Shown piece after piece: positions 35,178 to 49,208 of a DNA stretch of 64,000 nt. A model generated the notes under the pieces. It was not told the origin of the DNA. It searched no databases and saw only the letters and a list, made by a program, of their open reading frames with translations. The translations under genes were made by a program, and so were the position numbers. Every line of letters starts with the position of its first letter. Positions within the stretch are counted from its first letter, which is position 1. The stretch comes from Trichoplax sp. H2 (Eukaryota), in NCBI GenBank assembly GCA_003344405.1, contig NOWV01000031.1:310001-374000 (forward strand), given 5' to 3'.

Positions 35178-38100
35178 CTATTCATAGTCTAAAGTCTCTC
35201 GGTGATAGAACAACAGATAACTATAATAAAATTAGACAATAGAAATTTCATCATGAGTTAATTATTAAGCAGATTATAAAAATCTACAATAAAGCATTAC
35301 TAACCCTTCGCTCGATAATACATCTTTTGTTGTAGCTTTCCGTATCTTTGCGTCATCACATTCAAACCACTAAAAGATAGACAATAATTTATTGATTCAT
35401 AAAATGCCATTTTAGATATACCGTATTTCAAAGAATCAAAAGTCTACATACCTGATTATACGGTTGTCGAACGTAACACGTGTAATGTCCGCTATCTAAA
35501 GTGCCACTATGATTTATGACAGCAAACAAGCAATACCGAACACTAGAAGAAAGAGATAATTATTTAATTCTACCCCTAAACCTATGTACAGCTACGAGCT
35601 TGCTAACCTTGAGGAACACGATTTTGCATTCTGGTTGTCTGCGTGACCAGATTCTCCGTTGTTAATTCTAAAATAGATCATACTAATCTTAAGAAAGGTA
35701 TATACCACTTTATCAGTTTAAACTGTTTAAGTAATCAGCATACCTTAATTTAGAAACATAGGGCTTCATATCTAAGATATCTGAGAAGGCAACATAGGTT
35801 GTAATTTTTCTACCAAATTTCTTAGAGTGTTCAAATCGCTACAATTTGGAATCAAGGCCATAAAATTATGAGCTCATTCAACAAAGTAGGATATTTATCC
35901 GCTTACAACAAAAGTGTACCTTTAAATGAAGACACAAAACTACTGGCAACTTCTTCATGGTGAGTTGTTTGGTAAATTCCTTGATATCAATTCATTAATG
36001 ACTATATCTCAGTACTTCAATGTAGAATTACCAAACCTTACAAGTATTTATTTACAGAATATTCATGGCATCGATGACATTTCAATTTAGCATGATCTAG
36101 CGTTTCGGCATGAGTGAACCTGTACATTTCATAGCAAGTTAAAATAAGGTGTGAAAAATCTCTGATGCATCGCAGCATTACCGATCCTGCAAAATCCAAA
36201 GGTAGTCTTACCTGTCAAGGCAGTTTAACAAAGTTACAGATGAGTTCGCACCAGTTTCATAGACAGTCGAAGCTATAGAACAAAAATGAAACAAGAAGAT
36301 CGTCAACAATAAATTAAAATTGTGAATTAGACAAGTAATCAGAAATTGTACATTTACAGATACGACTGTTTGCTATTTTTTTCCACTTCTTCGATTACTA
36401 TTCAACCATAAGAGGCAATTTAATCAAAATCTTTTAATCTAATGTAAAATATACTACAGCTTTAGTGTACAATATAAGACATATCGTACCAGATGAAAGA
36501 TCGCAACGTTCATTCTCCAGAGACCCAATATCCATGGAAATATCAAAGAAGGGATCTATAGTTGTAGACGTATTTCTGTACATAAATAAATACAGCAGTT
36601 AGATAATCAGCTAGAATTTATTACAAAGAAGACCATATCCAATGCAAGAAAAAATTAAAAAGTAACAAGATATCCTGCAATTACCCGCATTTTTGGCATG
36701 TAACATCGGATTGCATATTACCAGCAAATATTTGATGAACAATACATCGACAGTTATTATCTATTATTTCGTTAAATGACGAACTCAATTCTCCTACAAA
36801 TAAAACAAATTAACATTAATGTGAGAATAATGTTATTTGACTTTTCTAGTGATTTAGTCAATGATTGTATACTTTTAAAGTGTCCATGGAGAGCATTTAG
36901 AATAGCAATTAAGAATTCATGAGCGTCTTGTTGTACATATCCAGCCATGTGACGCGCATTTGTCCAGATTAGATATAATAATTTGTTCGGAATATGAGGC
37001 AACGATCCAACAGAATAAAACTAAATAATCGGATAATGATAGATTTCATTAGTCCATCAGTAAACATTAGCTTTGAAATCTTTAGCTCATCTAATTACAT
37101 AGAATTGATTACCTTTTGAAAAATACTGGCTAATTCACAGGCAATGCAAGTATTATTGTTATCATGGCTACATTGGTGTTTATCGGATAAAAAATAATCT
37201 CGCAAGATAGGTGTATGAACTAATGCTTGAACTATACTATTCATAAAGCACGTATTGCCTAAATTAGCTAATCCTTTAAGTCCTAAGAAAATAAAAACAG
37301 CATTGAAATTAGAAGGTAAGTCCATTCTCTAATGTCGTGTTTGCATTTGCTGAGGCGTCTCTAACACCGTTATTAACAATACAAAATCAAGATGGCATCA
37401 TATCCGGTACAACAGCATCTTAAGCATAACACACTTATCTTTATTGCAAATATCGATAAATTAGAGGTACTGCCCAAACTTAATGTTTACCTATTTTAGA
37501 TTTCAATGATAGCTTGTATCGGGTATTATTACGGGAGAGTAACTGCACTTCTTTTGCAGATGGTCTCCAGTAGTTGTATTTGTAGACTTGCTTGAGGTGG
37601 CCTACAAAGTATATCATTATTATTGACGATATGAATATCACTGATGCTGAGGTTCATTTTATAGCTATACCTTTGCAGCTTGGCAATTGCATCCTCTGAC
37701 AGTGAATATTTTCAACATCAGGATCGTAAATATGTTTACCGCATTCAGTGCAGAATAGTGTACCACGTAGTGTATCAATGGCTAATTTAAAAATTTATAA
37801 TAACAAGTAAGCAAAGACGAACATAAATTTAATATGCAGCAACAATGTCAATTTAAGCTGCATAGATTTTCTACGCGATATTAATAAATTACACATTAAA
37901 ATGCTATGCGTATAATCCTTAACAATTGAGCTAATTTTAAAGATACAGAATTACTTGTATTTGGTGAAAGATTATGAAAAAATAATTAACTCGTACGATT
38001 ACAGTATCGCTCGTGATGTAACATTACATTCATTTATTGCAAATAAACAAACCTAATTGATGCTTTGCGACTTTTGCATGATGCTGAATATGACTATGAT

Positions 38101-40563
38101 CATAGCAACCGACGAATACACATTGGACACAAGCGTATAACCTCTTTTGGTATTTTTTGCAAATATGGCATTGTGATAGAATGACCTTGATGTAATAGAA
38201 ATGATTACGTTATTTACGTGTTTCAAGTTATTATTAATTAATAGACAAATAGATAATTGTATCCGATCACACTTTTCAAAGATAAAAATGTGATGTAATA
38301 GGGATACCATATAATGCAGCATTACTATTAAATTCAAAGACATATTAAATCAAAACCCCAAAATTAACAATCCATAGTATAGTATTAGGGGCATTGAATC
38401 ACGAGTAAGATTGATATGACTTAATCAATGTTGTCCATTATCCACAGATATAATTATCTTACAAACAAATAGGTATGCACTAGTAATTGTTTAACGATTT
38501 GGTTGATAATCGATAATGGAATGATTCTTTACGTACTTATGCGTTTTTATTAATAATTAGGTTACGTTCGTAACTTTAAATCGTAACAATTTGCATGGCA
38601 TACTGTATGCATTAAATCACTTTTCATCGGCGAATGTATAAAACAAGGTAAAAGTAATGATCTAGAATCCCTAATAACGTAAACAAGTCTTAGTATGCTC
38701 GTATAAATAACAATTAAACTACTATACTGTAACTTTGTCTGTAAGTAGAATACGTAGAAATAGAACAAACTTTGATAAGCTAAATATCCTAGATAGTATT
38801 GCAAATAGTCTTTAAAGTACCAAGTTGTATAGCACTATCAAAAGCAATAAATGGTGATATTCCGGTTGGTGAAAACTGTCTCATTATGAAATGTTATCCA
38901 AGTATGCTAGAAAACATCGAAAAATATATAAAGTAGCTTTGATACACGCATTTCTCCAACTTTAATGAAAGCTATCATGATAGTCGTTGCAGTTATTAGA
39001 TTGCTAACTGCACTATTCATGAAATTTTGCTTTTAAATGCAGGTATTATAAGCTATCTTACTACCAAACATTTTCTGATATCAATTTAAGGCATACAGCA
39101 TGAATCACTATGATTGGCGTTTTCTTAATCATTATTTGATATTAACATCTTTCCGATCGCAAGAGTCGGTCGCACTACAAAAGCTATAACTAGTGGATAA
39201 TAAGTCTGTCAATAAAACTGAAAATAAGTATTGTACTATATACGAGTATGGCAACTGGGGAACAATAATATCTTTATTGCGATTCCCAATATGACAACTT
39301 TACCCGATGGATACCTATAATTAATTCGCCTACAGGACTTTGTAGCAATAAGGACTATACGCACAGTTTCAATCAATCTAATAACAATGCTAGCCATTTC
39401 ATAAAGTGATGATAAACTACAGTATGTTAAAGCTATCACTTTATCCACTTGAACTCCAATTAATTCGCCTTCGCATAACATCAAAATTGTTCTATCCTAG
39501 TAGAACCTTCAAAATTTTCAAAATATCCTATGACCAAGCATGTTGGCAAGCCAACCATAGAATACGTTTTTATTTTCTGTAGTACAGTAAAACGAATTGA
39601 TTGATTGATGCGATAACGTCTAGTGCTATTTCCAGTGCAAGATATTTTTAATTGCTATTGAATGGATTGAAGGATGCAACCATGATCAAGATTACGTAAA
39701 ACGTTTAAATCATAATACGGTATCCCTATTATTGTCATTGAGCTTTAAGTCATGGAAAGGCTAAATGTTGAACGTTTCCGTAAAATATTGATTACTGTTT
39801 CTACTTAGAATCAATAGAAAGATGCATTGTACATCAAATACGGAGATGATTTCAAACTTGTGAAACCGGTCGATTACCTTGCAGCGTATCGTAGTGTAGT
39901 CGGTTAGATATACGACTTGGTTGGAATTGTGCGAAATACGCTACGATCCTGATGAAATGAGCAATATAGTATATTGTAATAAAGATAACACAGCTAAATC
40001 AATTGACATCTGAAATTGAAAATATGTACAGTAGGTGTAGATGGGCGCTATAAGTTTTCATCCAGTTGCTCTCAACTGTCCTAATGAAAACGAAAGACTG
40101 CAGAAAGAAACTACGCTATGATCATGATGTCATAGGCAATCCAGTCATTGTAAGAAAGATAACGCAACTTGGATAGATCCACTCTTAAAATTTAGTCATG
40201 TCTACAGCAGGTGTAGACGAACAAGATGAGTTTATATCGAGTGTTATGGTAGAAAAACAGCTGAACATTGGCGATCATGTCAGCGTCAAATAGATGATGT
40301 CTTGTCTGCAATATTTGCCTACGCATCCCCCAATAGTATCAAATGTTTCATACCACCGAATGTATTGTAATCGTTGGATCGTTCTCATTCTGTAAAATTG
40401 ATTAGAATACCTATTACAAGTCACAACAGAGCATCAATGTTACCTTTAAATCATTATTAGGTGGAAGTTGGCTTGTAGGAGTAATAATTTGCGAGCTTAT
40501 AAAACGAATTTGTTCCAAGAGTTGATTATTCTTCAACGTTGCAACATGAGCGCAGGTAGCCAT
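35178..40563 (-). CDS. USP22: Ubiquitin carboxyl-terminal hydrolase 22 (SAGA DUB module; UBP zinc finger + USP catalytic domain)
   Basis: Exon 1 40444-40563 (MATCAH...). ZnF exon ~38056-38187 ([22 protein letters not shown]). Cys box [26 protein letters not shown], His box [21 protein letters not shown], and last exon [13 protein letters not shown] (stop 35178). Confidence 0.93.
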
Positions 40564-40989
40564 GGTGAAGGACGGACGAGTCAACCTCCGGTCTCAACTG
40601 GCTCCACTTTAATATGCTACAGCCACAACAACAACAACAAGACCAGGTAACAGTTTCAGCCTATGTAGTCTACTGTATTATGCACGAGAGATTGTTGGTT
40701 GTTTTTCTATCAAGATGGCTCTTGCAGAGTCAGTGTGGCGCGAGCGAGTACAGAGAGCGCGGTAATAACCGTACCGTACCGTACCGTGCCGTACTAGTAC
40801 CGGTCGGTGCCAAGGCACTCATTCATAAACCCTAAGTGAGAAGTCCTTTTAATGATCCACTGATGCAGCGCTCGAACAGTACATCAGTTTGTAGAGAAAA
40901 GTATGAGAACGTGATGATGAAAGAAAGACTACGGGGGAAAGTTGCTCAACCAGGACATGTATACCTCTGGTAGCAAAAGGCCAAGGAAA

Positions 40990-41730
40990 ATGGATGTTCA
41001 TTATTTTAAGGGAAATGAATGCAGCTTATTCATTTTTAATTTTTTAAAGGTGAAATAAAATGGACCTTCATTATTTTGAGGGGAAATTACTGTGGTTCAT
41101 CAATTTTAGGAATTTTTTAAAAGTCAAAGTAAATGCACCAAGTTGTCATTATGCTGAGGAGAAATTAATGTAGCTCATTTAATTCTGAACTGCTTAAAGG
41201 TTAAAGAAATTGCTCTCTCATATTCTTTTGAAGGGAAATTAATTTAGTTCATTAATTTTAGGAATTTTTTAAAAGTCAAAGTAAATGCACCTACAATGTT
41301 GTCATTATGCAGAGGAGAAATTAATGTAGCTCATTTATTTCTGAATTTTTTAAAGATTAAAGAAATTGCTGTCTCATATTCTTTTGAAGGGAAATTAATT
41401 TAGTTCATTAATTTTAGGAATTTTTTAAAAGTCAAAGTAAATACACCTACAATGTTGTCATTATGCAGAGGAGAAATTAATGTAGCTTATTTATTTCTGA
41501 ATTTTTTAAAGGTTAAAGGAATTGCTCTCTCATATTCTATTGAAGGGAAATTAATTTAGTGCATTAATTTTAGGAATTTTTAAAAGTCAAAGTAAATGCA
41601 CCTTGTGTGCTGTCATTATGCTGAGGAGAAATTAATGTGGTTCATTTAATTCTGAATTTTTTAAAGGCTAAAGAAATTGCTCTTTCATATTCTTTTAAAG
41701 GGAAATTAATGTAGTTCATTCGTTTTAAAT
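40990..41730. repeat. ~155-bp tandem repeat x4 (dimer of related ~77-bp halves) upstream of USP22; degenerate shorter repeats continue to ~42800
   Basis: AAGTCAAAGTAAAT at 41121, 41273, 41429 and 41584. Confidence 0.92.
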
Positions 41731-44081
41731 TTTTATCTCCTCATTCTTAAGGCATTGATGAATGAATATACCTGGACTGTAAATAGATTATTTCTACTAT
41801 AGGCTAGTGTATCGTCAGTCTATTGCAAAACGTTGAAATGTAATAAAGTGTTCAAGAAAATGTACCTTCATTAGGGCTTGGATTGATGAGTACTGTATCT
41901 TGCTAAACGTCCAAATTGAAAAGAATTCAAGAAAATACACCTTCATTGATTAAGGCATTGATTGAAGATTATAGTCATTAGAAAAGGTTAAAATCTGAAC
42001 TATACGAGAAAATGCTTCTTCACATGAAGGCATTGATAGAAGGATGAGTCTAATGCAAAATGTTGGCATCTAAAATCTAAAGTATACTAGAAAATGCACC
42101 TTCATGAAGGCATTGATTGATTGATGAGTAGAATGCAAAATGTTGAAATCTAGCGTACGCGTTTGTCGATTTCAAGTCCATACACCTTCATTCCTTCATT
42201 CATTAATTGAACCATTGATTGATAGGTACAGTAGAGTGCGTCAAGTTGGAATCTAAAGTATTCTTTTAAAATACACCTTCATGAAGGTATTAATTGATGG
42301 GTACTAGTATCATAGAATATTGAAATCAAATGCACAGTATTAAAGTAAATACCATACACTTTCATGATGGTATTGATTCATGAGTATAAAGTAAACAGTA
42401 AAAATCTAAAATATGAAAAGTCAAGTAAATATAACGGAACATGAAGGCATGATTAGCGGGTTGAATCATGAGCTACTGTACTTAAAATAAAAATCTTTTT
42501 TTGAATAGTCCGTGATAGAGTGCAAAAAATTGAAATCGAATGTATTAAAGTAAATACACTTTCATTAAGACTTTAATTCTGTCACTGTGCACAAGTTCCT
42601 CCATCAGGGTGTTGATATTGACTCTAGAACGCAAAATGTAGAGTATGAAGGAAAATAGACCTTCATTAATTTTGCAGGATGAGTATCATGTCAGAGTTTC
42701 CCAATCAGAACAGTTACAAATGTTGACTCAGAAATGCACAGTCGAAAGTATTCGAGAAAATGCACTGTCATTAAGGCATTGACGACTGCAACAGTTCTTG
42801 AATCAGGAAATATGACGCATATAGTGTACAAGTAGTACTGTATAGGAGAATGCCTGCAAGATGTTTTCATCTATCTAAACAGTCCAAGTTATCAAAATCA
42901 CAGCTGTTTTTCAAAAGTAAACGAAATTATGCAGCCCAATTTTCGGATCTTGAGCAGGTATAGTTGTGATTAAAGTTCATTAACTTCAACGATTTCTATA
43001 TATATGAAATTGTAACCTACATTCGCTTCCTCGTCTTAAATTATCATGATAACTATCTGTGTTAAGTATATTTATGAGATGTATGTATATTGGTAATATA
43101 TAGCAATACTCAATCTATTTGACGTCGTATCGTAGAATAGAACCTTCCTGAACCCTTAGTATTTTCATTCATGAAAATCTATATTGATGTTCAAGTTCAT
43201 GCCCTGGCTCCGCGAAATCATAACACCTGATGAAGGTGAATAAAAACACCTGGTATGAGTATGTGACAGCGGAGCTTTACTTCACTTGAGCAAAAGTAGG
43301 TAATTGTATGGAGTCATCGAGTATAGCTAGAGAGATTTTACTTTTTAGGGATTCCTATTTAATAACAAAAGAACTAATCGGAAATTTAGCGTCAATAATT
43401 AATTAATATATAATTATTAATGAATTCTGAAAATGGAGCGAGAGAGAGAGATACTAAATTCATATATATCGATTAGTACACCCCTCGCTGATTTAGATAT
43501 GTACCGGTATATGCGCATAGAATTAGAATTACTGTAATCATGCAAATTGCTCCTTAATTTAAACAAGCTAATTATTTAAATAAATAATATGCGTATTAAT
43601 TCTATCTGATTCTGTCTCATTCACTAGACTTCGCTTCTTGATTACTATACTATTAGCCATTTCTTATGTGCTACTGAAAATTCCGTCGATAAATTGTTGA
43701 TAGAATTGACCACAGGTCTAGTGATAGTAAATGGATCGAGTGTACGTAGCAGGACAACGGAAACCGGGAGATCTATTCCTTAAACATATTAGACAATTCC
43801 GCTGTAGTAAAATGATTAATGTGTATATGCAAGTATATACAGTATTGCACGCTAATGGAAGAAAATTGCAGATTGCAGGGTAGCGCTCAGCCAGACTCTG
43901 CCCGATACTCAACGTACTGCAGCTCGCATCGTGTATGCTGTATATTGCATATAGTCACTAAGTAGCTCAAGTCGGACAGCGTAGGGTATATTAATTAATC
44001 ACTGCAGTCAAGACATGCAGTAATAAGATGCAACATTGTATGGTATTAATTTCACTTTTCTAATACCTTATTATTGAAGTA

Positions 44082-46149
44082 TTGCATCCAATTTTGATTC
44101 GAATTCATGATTTCATTTTCTCCCAAAGTACGTCTCGCAGCCTTGGCTTGCTGAAAATTAGCATCATCGTACTAAGACGATTATATAAGAATAGTAGGAC
44201 TAAGTCGAAAAGAAATCTACGTGGAAAGGTAGTCTGGATTACTGGTGCCAGTTCCGGCATCGGTGAAGGTAAAAAGTATTTTCGATCATATAGCACCATG
44301 ACTATTATATCGGACTTACTAGAAGAATAAGTTTAATCTAGTTTCGTAAAAGACAGTATTTATCCTTATGATATAATATGCCATGCAGAAGCAGCCTTAA
44401 TGTTATGCTTGTGTCCATTTCTCGTTTGCAATAAAAATTGGTTGTTCCCTACGTGTAATCATGTAATATTGATATACCTACGTACATAGTTATCTGGCGA
44501 TGACAATTTCTTTATATACATGACGAAGCACATATGTGTAAATGTATTGTGAAATTAAAATTCTTCATCTTGATACAGAATGTGCCAAAGAATAATATGC
44601 CAATGGAGCCAAAGTTATCATGAGCAGCAGGAATTATCAGGCTCTACTTAAAATCAGAGATAAAATGGTCGCTGGCAAAGATATCGATACAGAATTAATA
44701 CCTCAAATTCTTCCAATAGACCTTCTGAAATCTGAGCAGCTAGAGAAGGTTGCTGATAAGGCTTGGTCTGTGTATGGTGCTATAGATATCCTTATTAATA
44801 ATGCAGGAGTAAGCAGCCGCGGTTCGATAACTGATTCAAAGATGGATGTATACCGATGATTGATGGAAGTAAATTTCTTCGCTCCTATAGCTCTAACTAA
44901 AGGTATGCAAATATCTATGTGTGGTAATGCATGTACATATACACAATTACTTTGATAGCGGGTATACACTATCGAAGACTGTGAGTTGTATTTACAGGCA
45001 CATTATAAGTATGGTAGTACTTCCATATACTTGTGAGATATTTTACAGTTAAGCAACTGTAGACAAGAACTACTCAGTGATTGAGTGAGTTCTACGACAG
45101 TAGAATCAGACAAATCTGTGATAGGCATTATAAATAGGAAGGTTGCAATCCTATGACAATGTATCAGACCTGACATTGCATTGGGTATTTACTACTAATT
45201 CTTGTAAATGATATACAACCCTGCTCATACATCACAACACTACTACATAAAGAAGTACAACAGACATTTTCCAACTGTTTGTGTCTAGTTTCATGGTATA
45301 TTTCAATTTAATTGCATTATAGGACTATAATTCTCCAGTAATTTATTGTTATTTATTTTTCGCAGCTCTATTACCAAAGATGATCCAGCGCAAATAAGGC
45401 CAAATATTTTTAGACCAGTGTTAGGGAAAATGGCTGTTCCATATCGATCAACATGTAAGTTGATTAGAATTGAGAAAATCAACATTATGTTGGCTATAGT
45501 CATTCTACGCTGTTTAATCTTGTCCAATAGCGAGTCATAACAATTTGCTAGTAGTATCATATTCTATATCCGTATAGTGGAGTATACTCATTCGGGTAAT
45601 ATACATATTATTTCATGAAATGATGGCATTACCACAGATGCTGCATCAAAGCATGCTTGTTAGGCATTTTGTGATAGTTTGCGCGCTGAAGTTGCTCAAG
45701 ACAACATCAAAGTATTTATTATAAGCCCTAGATACGTACGTACGAACTTATCTTTGAATGCATTGGCGGTTGATGGATCTAAAAATGGAGGTACTTCTTG
45801 TTTACAAATCAGTCTTAGCATAATGATGAGTGATTTTACCCTTATCATAAGAAGTAAAATTGTAAACTGTTCTCTCATTCTGCAATTGTATTTGTTCTCC
45901 AACTGCCATATTAACATTAACAAAATTCGATATCCACCGCTTGGTTAGTTATGGATAAAGATACCGACGAGGGAATGGCACCGGAGAAATTCGCCGCTGC
46001 AATGACTGAATATGCTATCAACGAGGAAAAAGATGTAGTAATATGTTCGTTAATTCCGAGACTAGGAATATTTTCGAAATAAATGTATTCCTAATTTACA
46101 TTTTTGGGTAATGCGCAATCGGGCTCGTAGCAGAGCTCCCAATAAGTAA
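44082..46149 (+). pseudogene. DHRS7B: DHRS7B-like SDR pseudogene (tandem paralogue of 49209-51370)
   Basis: Same 5-exon layout as the intact copy. TTG at the start position, in-frame stops at 44857, 45395, 45661 and ~46080, and deletions in exon 3. Confidence 0.88.
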
Positions 46150-49100
46150 TCACTAAAACTATGGCGGTTAGTTTAACAACCTCTCTTTTACGATCGCGTT
46201 TCTTTGGCCAATTTTTCTATATAAATTGATCGCTGACATTCACTTTCATCTACTCTATAAAGTATTCCTTCAAAATGCGTACTCGTCTATAGACTTGTTG
46301 TAGCCTCAAAAACGACTCATCATCAAGCAATAACTCAGTATACAGTATTACGTTTGTATTTCAGACATCTAGCATATCTAGGATTTAGTTAATAGATCAA
46401 CAAGTAACTGTTTAAAACATTCAATAAGTAATTAACATTTATTATTGAAATAGCTATAAATTCATTAGCCTTAATGGATGAATTAATTAAGATTAAATAG
46501 TTTACGGAAGGATTATAAAGCCATATAGGACTATGCTGCAAAGTTTATCAAAAATAGTGATTAATGAAGCTGCAATTTTTTTATGCTCTAAAGTAGAGTC
46601 ATTCTGCAGATCGTTCACTGGCTAAATACTAATACTCAACACTATTTAATAACTTTAAGTAACGGTTTGAATATTTGGATATTGTGCCCTTCTGCACGTT
46701 ATTGAAATATGCAAGTACTCTTTGCTGATCGATTTTTCTACAGAATGAACCCATACCTGAATATCAATTGGAAGGATTTAATTGCAGTAGGCAAGTTTTA
46801 GGTGAAAAATTTTAATTCGTTTTTTGTTATATAGAGTATGCATAGCCAGTGAATAAAATGCAATACATTTTTAATTTTGTCCTAGTCGTATTTTATTCTT
46901 TGAAGGTTTTATTACAATATTACGTGCATGTGAATATTTTATCAGCGTACAGTATGATGCAAGATTGTTAGTCATACAACCGACTCAAAACTAGCAATAT
47001 ACTCTACAGTCTATCAATATAAATTGCATATAGAAATTCAAATAGAGTGTAACTATCCGCGAAAGAGCGTTGCGTAGCTGTTCAGTTTTCAATCCAAAGC
47101 AAGTATTCTGGCATATTTTACGACAATTTTTATTTAAAGGTTAAACATCATACTCGTCAAAATTAATCGCGAAAGGTTGATATTGATCGATTTCAACTTT
47201 CTGCATTAAAATTAGAAAGGGAAAATCAATAAAGCCAGAATGAATGATTTTGTATTAAAAAAAGGTAGAACTCAAATTTTAGAAAGCGTAAATGAACAGT
47301 TTTATACTTCAAAAAGTGAGAACTTCAATTTTATAAATACCGCACTATGAAATTTGCTTAACTAGAAATAATGGATTAATTTTAATGGAGCAAAGTTAGA
47401 TAGCTGTAAATTCATTGGCTATAATCAATTTTACAAGTATGGCTAGACTGCTGAAATATCATGGAGCTGCATAGGCCATGATAAAGCTGTCAATCGATAA
47501 TAATAAACATAAAAAGTATTCGTTCTTTGGAGTGTTACACTAAAATGTACTCTTTGTTCAGATCATATCATGTACCTGGACAAACATTAAGTAGCTTAGA
47601 GTACATGTCTACGATTTTTGGATAACTTGTTTTTTGGACAAAAGTTTGGCATATAATTAATCTCAGTATACGATTAAATATTATAGCAATGTGTATTCAC
47701 CAGGAACACAGATCTAGATGTACAAGTACTGATTAGTTAGGAATTGCTTGCGATTGAAAAGGGTTTGGTATATATCACGTAAGATGATGATATACTACCG
47801 ACTGATAGAGAAAACAAAATTTTTGGAATGGAATGATTTTAAAGACATGACTACACAACCATTCTCATCATCTAATCAGCAACTACGTAGGCAACAATTG
47901 TTGTCAAGGTAAAGGATATGTTTCGAGGGAGAATTTTCGACCCGATGCTTAGTCTCGCCTATGAATGAATATCAGTGCAACAGGTAAAATCGTTATTCGA
48001 GAAAATAGAGTAGCGAAGTTACTACCAATTACTAATTAATTGAATTATAGGCAGTATAATACATGCTATCCTATCGTGAGGCTATTGGAATTAAAACAGA
48101 ATTGTAAAAGAAATCGATGCCTGGAATAAGTTGATATTAGAAATATTTCTCAACTATTATTCTGATGGTATAAACAAGGATTATACTGGTATATTGGAAA
48201 GGGATTTCTCGGATAGTGCAGTAGAGTATCCAATAACTGTCATTAAGACACAGTGATATACTCGTACTATAACTTTCATTGATCAAACATCGCTACTATC
48301 CGGTACTTGTAATTAATTCATTCCATTATTAGATAATGTTTATATAACGCGATGTTATTATTTATTTGTATCCATGTCAGCCAAAAATTGACAGATAATA
48401 TTCAAACTGATGCTTACAAAACTAGTAATATATTACTCTATCTTAAATATAAGTATTGTTAGCTGCCAAACGGCAGAGATGTCGATTAGGGCCTTACTGA
48501 TAGATGTAATTTATCATCAAGAGCTTGTAGCATATTTCAAAAGTTATCCTGATCACAGACCTTCTTAAATATAGCCTTCAAAATGAATTCTCGGCTTGCG
48601 TAAAATCGTAGGCCTTCACTGTAGATACCCAAGCTTAATAAGGATCTCAATTTATCCTGGATTTGGAGTTACTATGCAGTGAGATATCCGATACTCGACT
48701 ATGATATTGTACTGTCTAATTTGCGTTATACTATACACCAGAATTTCGCAAAAGTCCCTCTACTACAATATCTATCCAACTTCGTTAATTACCCTATAAT
48801 GAATTAAAAACTGCTTCATTTTCTGTATATTTTGGTTTAATCTTGCCGTCTTACAGTACATGAAAGAACTCTGGCGTCATATTATGTCTAGGCCTCCAAT
48901 TTGAGAGTAAGAATTAATTGCTATCCCAATCATTGACGGGTATAATGGACGTCGTCTAGTCAGAGACGAGTAGCTGTCGCTCCGCTATAAGGCTTTGTAT
49001 TAGTGTGAAGGTTGCGTTTGGAGCAGTAGGTAACAGTTGGTTACCGGAGGATGAAATGGTGTAAAAAGAAAGTCGCTAATAGAAATTAACATGAAATCTT

Positions 49101-49208
49101 TTGATGGCGTGCCCATGGCAGTCAAAAGTAAATAATAAGTGGTAGTGAATACGGTGTAATACAGTCTGCATTCAGCTACCAGTTGGTCATTTCTTGCAGC
49201 TAAAAACC

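Noticed and set aside
44857..44859. In-frame TGA as selenocysteine or readthrough in DHRS7B copy 1
   Set aside because: The same copy has additional TAA/TAG stops and deletions, so it is simply a pseudogene.
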